Assembly: GCA_963719315.1 (NCBI GenBank)
Contig: CAVRBU010000002.1
Location: 256,001-320,000 of the forward strand
Length of the DNA: 64,000 nt
Direction of reading: 5' to 3'
Source: an uncultured Planctomycetota bacterium
Lineage (GTDB): Bacteria; Planctomycetota; Planctomycetia; Pirellulales; Lacipirellulaceae
Shown: positions 10,599 to 18,285 of the stretch, piece by piece
Position numbering within the stretch: the first letter of the stretch is position 1
Layout: each line of letters opens with the position of its first letter
Translations under genes and position numbers: made by a program
The notes under the pieces: model-generated
Seen by the model: the letters and a program-made list of their open reading frames with translations, nothing else
What the model was told of the DNA's origin: nothing
Database searches by the model: none

Positions 10599-11540
10599 AT
10601 GCCACGCAACAAAACATTCGATAGCATCGCTCAAGCCATCGGCGACACGCCGATGATCCGACTCAACCGGGTCATTCCGCCTGGCCAAGCCACCGTGTTT
10701 GCCAAGTGCGAGTTCTTTCAACCGCTCAACAGCGTGAAGGACCGGATAGGCGTCTCGATGATCGAGGCCGGCGAGCGCGACGGCAAGGTCACAAAAGACA
10801 CCGTGATCGTCGAGCCGACGAGCGGCAACACGGGCATCGCGTTGGCTTTTGTGTGCGCGGCCAAGGGTTACAAGCTGATCCTCACGATGCCGGAATCAAT
10901 GTCGGTCGAACGCCGGGCGCTATTGCGATTCATGGGCGCGGAGTTAGTGCTGACGCCGGCATCCGAGGGCATGAAGGGCGCGATCGCCAAAGCGACGCAG
11001 ATCGTCGAGAGCACGCCGAATGCTTGGATGCCGCAGCAATTCGACAACCCCGCCAATCCTGCCATTCACGAGAAGACGACGGGCCCAGAGATTTGGGAAG
11101 ACTCTGGCCACAACATCGACGCGATCGTGGCGGGCGTCGGCACGGGCGGCACGATTACCGGTGTGGCCCGGTACATAAAACCGAAAAATCCGAACTTCAA
11201 AGCGATCGCCGTTGAACCGGTAGATTCGCCGGTGATCACCGGCGGCAAGCCGGGACCACATAAGATTCAAGGAATTGGCGCCGGCTTCATTCCAAAAAAC
11301 CTCGACACGTCGCTCGTGGACGAAACCGTCCTAGTGAGCAACGAAGAAGCGTTCCAGTGGTCGCGTCGCTTGGCGAAGGAAGAGGGAATCGTGGCCGGCA
11401 TTTCGAGCGGAGCCAATGTTTGCGCCGCGGCGAAGGTGGCGGCCCGGCCCGAGTACAAAGGGAAGCGGATTTGCGTGATCATTCCGAGCCTGGGCGAGCG
11501 GTATCTATCGACGCCGCTGTTCGAAGGGCTGACCGGGTAG
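10599..11540 (+). CDS. cysK: Cysteine synthase A
   Basis: SVKDRIG (PLP lysine), EPTSGNTGIALA, GVGTGGT, PHKIQGIGAGFIP, GERYLST. Confidence 0.97.
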   Translation: MPRNKTFDSIAQAIGDTPMIRLNRVIPPGQATVFAKCEFFQPLNSVKDRIGVSMIEAGERDGKVTKDTVIVEPTSGNTGIALAFVCAAKGYKLILTMPESMSVERRALLRFMGAELVLTPASEGMKGAIAKATQIVESTPNAWMPQQFDNPANPAIHEKTTGPEIWEDSGHNIDAIVAGVGTGGTITGVARYIKPKNPNFKAIAVEPVDSPVITGGKPGPHKIQGIGAGFIPKNLDTSLVDETVLVSNEEAFQWSRRLAKEEGIVAGISSGANVCAAAKVAARPEYKGKRICVIIPSLGERYLSTPLFEGLTG

Positions 11541-11734
11541 GCCAACCGCCAGAATGTCTTACCTCAAGCGGCGTGCGAATGATGCGCGCTGGCCTTTTCA
11601 AGGCATTTCCGCTAGCATTCAAAAAGGTGCGGCGATGGGGGCCGTTCCACGCGCAGGCTCGCCATTGGTCCGCTTCGCAGATTTCGCTAAACTTTGGCGA
11701 CCTGCCCGATAGCACTCTTGATGCCGCTACTTCC

Positions 11735-12667
11735 TTGAGCTCTACCGCTTCCATCACTGACGCCGCGAGCGCCTCCCGGCCACGATTGCCGAGTTGGCTG
11801 CGGGTGAATCTGCCGGCCGGTCAACGGCTGACCGTTCTGAATGCGACGCATGGGGCAATCGCGGAACATGGGCTGCACACCGTGTGCGAAGAAGCCCGCT
11901 GTCCAAACCTCAACGATTGCTGGTCGCGTGGAACGGCGACGTTCATGGTCGCGGGCAAGGAATGTACGCGCGGCTGCCGGTTTTGCAGTGTGGAAACGCT
12001 TCGCCAGCCGGAGCCGCCCGATCCAAAAGAGCCAGAGCAACTGGCTGCCGCCGTCGAACGGATGGGGCTTGCCCACGTCGTGATTACGGTCGTCAATCGA
12101 GACGACATGCCCGATGGCGGGGCCGCTCATTACAAGCGTTGCGTTGAGGCGGTGCATGAGCGATTGCCGCGGGTCACGATCGAATTGTTGACGAGCGATT
12201 TGGCCGGCAACGACGCGGCCCTTGAGTATTTGCTGGACGGCATCCCGCTGGCGGTGTTTGCCCACAACGTGGAATGCGTGCCGCGCCTCGACCGACACGT
12301 CCGCGACCCACGGGCGTCGTTTGGGGTGAGTTTGCGTGTATTGCGGCGCGCGAAAGCGTTGCGCAACGACTTATGGACAAAAAGCAGCATCATGGTCGGC
12401 CTGGGCGAGACGAATGAAGAAGTCTCCGACGCTATGCAGCGGTTGCGCCGTGCCGACGTTGATGTGTTAACGCTGGGGCAGTATCTCGCGCCTGGCAAAC
12501 CGGACGAACGGTTCTTGCCCGTCGATCGCTTCGTTACGCCAGAGCGATTTAGCGATTGGGCAGATGAGGCCCGGGCAATGGGTTTTCGCGCGGTCGCCTC
12601 GGGTCCGCTGGTGCGTAGCTCCTATCGCGCAGGCATGTTGTTGGAGCAAGCGCGGCTTCAGGGTTGA
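11735..12667 (+). CDS. lipA: Lipoyl synthase
   Basis: CEEARCPNLNDC (CX4CX5C), CTRGCRFC radical-SAM motif, RSSY. Start approximate (TTG). Confidence 0.95.
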   Translation: MSSTASITDAASASRPRLPSWLRVNLPAGQRLTVLNATHGAIAEHGLHTVCEEARCPNLNDCWSRGTATFMVAGKECTRGCRFCSVETLRQPEPPDPKEPEQLAAAVERMGLAHVVITVVNRDDMPDGGAAHYKRCVEAVHERLPRVTIELLTSDLAGNDAALEYLLDGIPLAVFAHNVECVPRLDRHVRDPRASFGVSLRVLRRAKALRNDLWTKSSIMVGLGETNEEVSDAMQRLRRADVDVLTLGQYLAPGKPDERFLPVDRFVTPERFSDWADEARAMGFRAVASGPLVRSSYRAGMLLEQARLQG

Positions 12668-12697
12668 ATGTAGAACGAAGGTTGATAGGTTCACGTC

Positions 12698-14059
12698 ATG
12701 GACGGCTCTTCGCAACTTATCGGCAAAGCCCATGCGGGCAAGAGCGCGAGCGCGACTCCGCTCAAAGATCCGCTGCCGATGGAGATTTGCGTTCCGTCGG
12801 CCCCGCACCGGCCGGGAGACGTCCCGTGCTTCGCCCCCCTGCCTCGATTACCGGGCGACTTATCACGACCCGATACACTGGCGCCGCACGACGCCCTTCT
12901 CGAGCACGCTAGGGGATTGATCCGCGTGCTGCGCGACGACGGCCAGGCCGTCGGACCGTGGCAACCGCAACTTAGCTCGCAGCAGCTTCGCAACGGCCTG
13001 GAAGTAATGTTGCGGGCGCGCCATCTTGATGCGCGGATGATCGTCATGCAGCGGCAGGGTCGGCTGTCATTCTACGTGTCTAGTAACGGCGAAGAAGCCG
13101 CGGCGGTCGGAGCCGCGACGGCCTACCAACGCGACGACATGCTGTTTCCAAGTTATCGCCAACCAGGATTGCTGCTGGTCCGCGGCATGCCCATGGTGAC
13201 GATGATGTGCCAGTTGATCGGTAATACGGGCGACAACGCACGTGGCCGGCAGATGCCGGTGCACTACAGTTGGCGGGCCGGGAACGTGGTTTCGATTTCG
13301 AGTCCAGTCGGCACGCAATTGCCGCAGGCGGTCGGCGCCGCGATGGCGTTCGCCTATCGAGGCGAACGGCGCGTTGTGGGCACCTGGATCGGCGACGGGA
13401 CGGCTGCGCAGGGCGACTTTCACTATGCGCTTAATTTTGCCTCGGTGTTTCGGCCTCCGTGCGTGTTGCACGTGGTCGACAATCAGTGGGCAATCAGTAC
13501 ACACCGCAATTCTTCCACGGGCGGCGCGACGTTTGCCGGCCGGGCCGAGGCGTACCGTCTTCCGGGCCTGCGCGTGGATGGCAACGATTTCTTGGCGGTT
13601 CATGCGGCCGAAGCCTGGGCGATCGAACGAGCCCGACGTGGAGGCGGGCCCACGCTTGTGGAACTGGTCACGTATCGCCGTGCCGCGCATTCGACGAGTG
13701 ATGATCCGTCGCAATATCGGCCGACGGATGAGGCCGAGCATTGGCCCGGCGGCGATCCGATCGAACGGCTGAAACAACACCTCGTTGCCATCGGCGAGTG
13801 GTCCGATAAGTCACACCAGGAGTTGAGCAGCGCCCTCGAACACGAAGTCGCAGCTTCGTTTCAGCAAGCTGAATCGTTCGGCACAGTGGCTATTGGTTTG
13901 GGTCACGCGGCGGAATCTTTGTTCGACGACGTTTATGCGACGCTGCCCGAACACTTGAAGAACCAGCGAGCGGAACTGCTGTCCGACGTAAACGCGAACC
14001 AGAAAGAAGAGCCTTCGATATTGTCTTTCGCGGAAGCAAGCCAACGCGCGGCGGGGTGA
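12698..14059 (+). CDS. bkdA1: Branched-chain 2-oxoacid dehydrogenase E1 alpha
   Basis: GRQMPVHYS, GDG...NQWAIS ThDP-binding motif, HSTSDDPSQYR. Confidence 0.88.
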   Translation: MDGSSQLIGKAHAGKSASATPLKDPLPMEICVPSAPHRPGDVPCFAPLPRLPGDLSRPDTLAPHDALLEHARGLIRVLRDDGQAVGPWQPQLSSQQLRNGLEVMLRARHLDARMIVMQRQGRLSFYVSSNGEEAAAVGAATAYQRDDMLFPSYRQPGLLLVRGMPMVTMMCQLIGNTGDNARGRQMPVHYSWRAGNVVSISSPVGTQLPQAVGAAMAFAYRGERRVVGTWIGDGTAAQGDFHYALNFASVFRPPCVLHVVDNQWAISTHRNSSTGGATFAGRAEAYRLPGLRVDGNDFLAVHAAEAWAIERARRGGGPTLVELVTYRRAAHSTSDDPSQYRPTDEAEHWPGGDPIERLKQHLVAIGEWSDKSHQELSSALEHEVAASFQQAESFGTVAIGLGHAAESLFDDVYATLPEHLKNQRAELLSDVNANQKEEPSILSFAEASQRAAG

Positions 14060-14111
14060 GCTGCGTTCCCGAAAACCTGCCCGCGGAAGCGGGTTCGCCT
14101 GCCAGACCACG

Positions 14112-14149
14112 ACCCTGAACCCTGAACCCTGAACTCTAGACACTGAACC
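14112..14149. repeat. Heptamer tandem repeat (CCCTGAA)n
   Basis: ACCCTGAACCCTGAACCCTGAACTCTAGACACTGAACC between the E1a and E1b genes. Confidence 0.8.
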
Positions 14150-14155
14150 TCCACC

Positions 14156-15166
14156 ATGTCCACGATGAACATGATTCAGGCGATTCGGTCAGGGCTCGAT
14201 GTCATGCTCGAACGCGATCCGAGCGTGTGCGTGTTCGGCGAGGATGTGGGCTACTTTGGCGGCGTGTTCCGGGCGACTCAGGGTCTGCAGCAGAAATTCG
14301 GCGCGTCGCGCGTATTCGATACGCCGTTGGCCGAGGGCGGAATCATCGGCGTCGCCATCGGCATGAGCATCAATGGCCTGCGGCCGGTGCCGGAAATCCA
14401 GTTCTCGGATTATATGTACCCGGCGTTCGACCAGATCACGAACGAGTTGGCAAAATTGCGTTACCGCAGCGGTGGCGAGTGGACGGCGCCCATGACGATC
14501 CGCGCCCCAAGCGGCGGCGGGATCCGCGGCGGCTTGTATCACAGCCAATCGCCCGAGGCCTACTACACACACACGCCCGGATTGAGCGTCGTGATGCCTT
14601 CCAACCCGCACGATGCCAAGGGGCTTCTGATCAGCAGCATCGAGAGCGACGATCCGGTTGTGTTCTTCGAACCCAAGCGGCTTTATCGCGGCTCGTTCGA
14701 CGGCGACCCGGAGAGTGTGCCGCCGTGGCGCGACCAGCCTGAGGCCGACGTGCCGGAGGACTATTATCGTACGCCGCTAGGGCTGGCGAATATTGTAAGG
14801 TCCGGTGAGGAAGTGACCGTCGTGACATGGGGCACGATGGTGCATGTCGCGCGGGCGGCGATCTCGCAAATGCAAGTGGACGCCGAATTGATCGATCTCC
14901 GCTCATTGGCACCGCTCGACTTGGCAACGATCACTGCGTCGGTCGAGAAGACCGGCCGTTGCATGGTCGTTCACGAAGCGCCGCGAATGTGTGGTTTTGG
15001 GGCCGAAGTGGTCGCGCTGGTACAGGAACTTTGCTTTTGGAGCCTCGAAGCTCCGGTGCTGCGCGTGACGGGCTGGGACACGCCGTTTCCGCACGCGCTA
15101 GAGTGGGATTACATGCCAAGCCGCGAGCGAATCGGGAAAGCGATGCGGAAGTTGCTGGCGGCCTAG
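14156..15166 (+). CDS. bkdA2: Branched-chain 2-oxoacid dehydrogenase E1 beta
   Basis: GEDVGYFGGVFRAT, EIQFSDY, HSQSPEA, FFEPKRLY. Confidence 0.92.
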   Translation: MSTMNMIQAIRSGLDVMLERDPSVCVFGEDVGYFGGVFRATQGLQQKFGASRVFDTPLAEGGIIGVAIGMSINGLRPVPEIQFSDYMYPAFDQITNELAKLRYRSGGEWTAPMTIRAPSGGGIRGGLYHSQSPEAYYTHTPGLSVVMPSNPHDAKGLLISSIESDDPVVFFEPKRLYRGSFDGDPESVPPWRDQPEADVPEDYYRTPLGLANIVRSGEEVTVVTWGTMVHVARAAISQMQVDAELIDLRSLAPLDLATITASVEKTGRCMVVHEAPRMCGFGAEVVALVQELCFWSLEAPVLRVTGWDTPFPHALEWDYMPSRERIGKAMRKLLAA

Positions 15167-15251
15167 CCGAACGTGGCTGAAGTCGCGAGACTTGAGCGTT
15201 TAGGAGCGAAGAGTTGGAATTCTTGCGAATTCCGCTACAGCAAGATTGAGT

Positions 15252-16505
15252 ATGCAAAGTATTGTCGTAAAACTTCCGGATTTGGGCGAGGGTGTCGTCG
15301 AGGCCGAGATCGTGGCATGGCACGTTGCGGCGGGGCAGGAAGTCCGCGTCGATCAGCCGTTGGTGGACGTGATGACGGACAAGGCCACGGTTACGATTCC
15401 AAGCGGGCTGGTAGGCCGGGTCGTGCGGACGCACGGCAATGTCGGCGAGACTGTGGCGGTCGGAGCGGAATTGGTGAGTTTTGATACGGCCGTAGCGGCG
15501 GTGGAATCAGACAAGGAGACAAGGAGACAAGGAGACAAGGAGAGCACGAACGGAAGCGGGTCTGCTTGTTTGCCGCTGTCGATGTCCTCGAACTCTTTGC
15601 CGCCGTTGGTGCAGCAGGCCGTGAGCCCCGGCGAAGCTCCGCACGTTCAGCCGCAGGCCAGCCCGGCGGTGCGGCGGCGGGCTCGCGAACTGCACGTCGA
15701 TCTGCAGCAGGTGCATGGCAGCGGACCGAACGGACGGATTACGCACGCAGACGTGGATGTTCATTTGCGAAGCGAGGTTTCGCCGTCCGGGCAGCGGCGG
15801 ACGATCGGCTCGCACACGACCGAAATCCAAATGGTCGGCATGCGGCGGCGCATTGCCGAGAAGATGGTCGTCAGCAATACGCAGATTCCCCACTTCACGT
15901 ACGTCGAAGAAGTGGACATCACCGAGCTCGAAGCACTCCGCGAGCATCTTAACGGTAATCGCACCGATGGCCAGCCAAAGCTGACTTACATCCCGTTCAT
16001 CATGCTCTCGGTTACGCAGGCGCTCGCCCGGTTTCCACAACTCAACGCCCATTACGACGTGAAGCGCGAGGTGATCACGCGATACGAAGCGGTACACCTT
16101 GGCGTGGCCACCCAGACCGATCGCGGGTTGTGCGTGCCGGTCGTGCGACACGCGGAAACGATGGACCTGTGGCAAGCGGCCCGCGAGATGCGGCGGATCA
16201 CCGAGGCTGCTCGCAATCATTCGATCTCACGCGACGAATTGACCGACTCGACGTTCACGATCACCAGCCTGGGCCGCCACGGTGGCATAGCGGCGACGCC
16301 GATCATCAATCACCCCGAAGTCGGCATCCTCGGCATCAACAAGGCAGTCGACCGGCCGGTGGTGCGGCAGGGTCAAATCGCTATTCGCCGGATTTTGCAC
16401 CTTTCGGCATCCTTCGATCATCGCGTGGTAGATGGCGCCGACGGGGCGACGTTCATTCAATGCGTGAAGGATTATTTGGAATTCCCGGCCACGATTTTCA
16501 TCTAG
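15252..16505 (+). CDS. bkdB: Dihydrolipoamide acyltransferase E2
   Basis: Lipoyl domain VMTDKA, E3-binding ASPAVRRRA..GSGPNGRI, catalytic DHRVVDG. Confidence 0.92.
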   Translation: MQSIVVKLPDLGEGVVEAEIVAWHVAAGQEVRVDQPLVDVMTDKATVTIPSGLVGRVVRTHGNVGETVAVGAELVSFDTAVAAVESDKETRRQGDKESTNGSGSACLPLSMSSNSLPPLVQQAVSPGEAPHVQPQASPAVRRRARELHVDLQQVHGSGPNGRITHADVDVHLRSEVSPSGQRRTIGSHTTEIQMVGMRRRIAEKMVVSNTQIPHFTYVEEVDITELEALREHLNGNRTDGQPKLTYIPFIMLSVTQALARFPQLNAHYDVKREVITRYEAVHLGVATQTDRGLCVPVVRHAETMDLWQAAREMRRITEAARNHSISRDELTDSTFTITSLGRHGGIAATPIINHPEVGILGINKAVDRPVVRQGQIAIRRILHLSASFDHRVVDGADGATFIQCVKDYLEFPATIFI

Positions 16506-16545
16506 CCGCAGTTTCGAGTTTTGGCGCGGAATATACTGTTATTTT

Positions 16546-16664
16546 AGTCCACAGATGTCGCAGATGATCGCAGATATTGAAGTATCGCGGGCTGGTGAAA
16601 AGGTGGCGAGTCCGAATTGATTCCTTGACTTGTCATCTGCGGATATCTGCGACATCTGCGGACT
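16546..16664. repeat. Inverted pair of nonamer (CGCAGATNN) arrays
   Basis: AGTCCACAGATGTCGCAGATGATCGCAGAT (16546-16575) pairs with 16635-16664. Confidence 0.7.
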
Positions 16665-16745
16665 TTCTATAAGGAAAACGCCCTCGTGCGGCGCCACTCT
16701 TGACCATCCCGGCATAATTCATCGTGCGACGTACGGAGGTGAATT

Positions 16746-17744
16746 ATGCGGTTGCAAAATGTTGACGGGAATTCGGACCAGTTTGGTGAAGGGCCGCGGC
16801 CGGTGAATCGGCCGACCGCAAGCGACGCCGAGTTGCTGGACGCGTATTCGCAGGCGGTGATCCACGTGGTGGAAACCGTGTCGCCGGCAGTGATCAGCAT
16901 CACCGGTCGCGACGGGAATGGCCGGGGCGGCAGCGGGTCAGGGTTCATCGTGACGCCGGACGGCTATGCGATCACGAACAGTCACGTCGTTGACGATCGG
17001 GCTAATCTGGAGGCGGAGACAACCGAGGGGGATCGGCTTCTTGCCGAGCTCGTCGGCGATGATCCGGCGACCGATCTGGCGATCGTACGCTTGGCGGCGA
17101 ATAGTTTGCCCTATGCTCAACTCGGCGATAGCGATGCGCTGCGCGTCGGGCAACTCGTGATTGCGATGGGCAGCCCGCTCGGTTTGCAATCGACGGTGTC
17201 GACCGGCGTCGTCAGCGCACTTGGCCGCAGTATGCGGGCTCGCGATGGCCGGCTGATCGAAAGCATCGTGCAGCACGCAGCCCCGATCAACCCCGGCAAC
17301 TCGGGCGGGCCGCTCGTGGATTCGCGCGGCCTCGTGGTCGGAATCAACACGGCCATCATCGCGATGGCGCAAGGCCTGGGCTTTGCGATCCCCGCGAACA
17401 CGGCCGAGTGGGTATTGCAGGAAGTCCTCACGCACGGCGGCGTGCGGCGGCGACAATTGGGCATCGTCGCCAACGTCACCCGGCTGCCGCGGGCGCTCGT
17501 GCGAGCGCTCGATTTACTGGCGGAGCACGGTGTCGAAGTCCGCGAAGTCGCGGAGCGGAGTGTCGCCGACCTGGCCGGCATCCGTCCGGACGACATCATC
17601 GTTGCGCTCGCGGGACGGCTGGTAACTTCAATCGACGATTTGCACCGATTGCTGATGACGATGCCGACGGATCAGGGCTTTGAGCTCACGGTTATTCGCG
17701 GTGAAACGCAGCGGACAATTCTAGTTCCCGCGTCGATCAAATAA
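16746..17744 (+). CDS. HtrA/Deg-family trypsin-like serine protease with PDZ domain
   Basis: GSGSGF, TNSHVV, DLA and INPGNSGGPL triad motifs; C-terminal PDZ; GGAGG RBS. Confidence 0.92.
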   Translation: MRLQNVDGNSDQFGEGPRPVNRPTASDAELLDAYSQAVIHVVETVSPAVISITGRDGNGRGGSGSGFIVTPDGYAITNSHVVDDRANLEAETTEGDRLLAELVGDDPATDLAIVRLAANSLPYAQLGDSDALRVGQLVIAMGSPLGLQSTVSTGVVSALGRSMRARDGRLIESIVQHAAPINPGNSGGPLVDSRGLVVGINTAIIAMAQGLGFAIPANTAEWVLQEVLTHGGVRRRQLGIVANVTRLPRALVRALDLLAEHGVEVREVAERSVADLAGIRPDDIIVALAGRLVTSIDDLHRLLMTMPTDQGFELTVIRGETQRTILVPASIK

Positions 17745-18032
17745 ATGAGGGGCTGATGAACCCCAAAGCCTCTCGATCACTTTATTGTATTCGGCATGTG
17801 ATCCGATCCAGAACCACGTGACGGTATCGCCGTCGAGAACGCCGACGACGCGATAACTTATGCCTACGCGCGCTGAATATGTGGGGGGATCGGCATGAAC
17901 CTGTTTGAAATGGAGCCCAGGGTGCGCTGGGTTGTCTCGGAACAAGCGATAGGACTGCCGGGCTTGTTTCTTGACTCGGTCCGGCAATGACGCGAACAAC
18001 TCGCGAAAACCTCGCGTTGTTTGCGATTTCAT
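17721..18032 (-). CDS. RelE/ParE-like toxin
   Basis: About 100 aa, basic; F..NP.HPGLHFK...YR..G...WFWIGSH.EY pattern; ATG overlaps the stop of the upstream small gene. Confidence 0.7.
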   Translation of the reverse strand: MKSQTTRGFRELFASLPDRVKKQARQSYRLFRDNPAHPGLHFKQVHADPPTYSARVGISYRVVGVLDGDTVTWFWIGSHAEYNKVIERLWGSSAPHLFDRRGN

Positions 18033-18246
18033 AGCTTTTCCGGATCGAGTTCATGGGTAAGTCCGGCCCGGTACTCGGCGAGCGCTTCCTTTGCCAAAAT
18101 TGCGAGCTTGTCGGAAGTGCGCCAATAGTTCGATCGAACTCGTCGTCAGAGGACAATTCTGCCAACAACCGCGTGGCGAGCAGTTCCTGTTCGGCCGTCG
18201 GCAGTTTAGCCGCCTCGGCGAATGCTTGTTGCAGCAGATCGGTCAT
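18029..18246 (-). CDS. Putative antitoxin (frameshift at about 18120)
   Basis: MTDLLQQAFAEAAKLP..EQ...; adding one base gives ...TSDKLAILAKEALAEYRAGLTHELDPEKL* whose TGA overlaps the toxin ATG (ATGA). Confidence 0.7.
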
Positions 18247-18285
18247 AGCAGCAATCTCCCTGCATTTTATCTTACCAGAGCCGCG

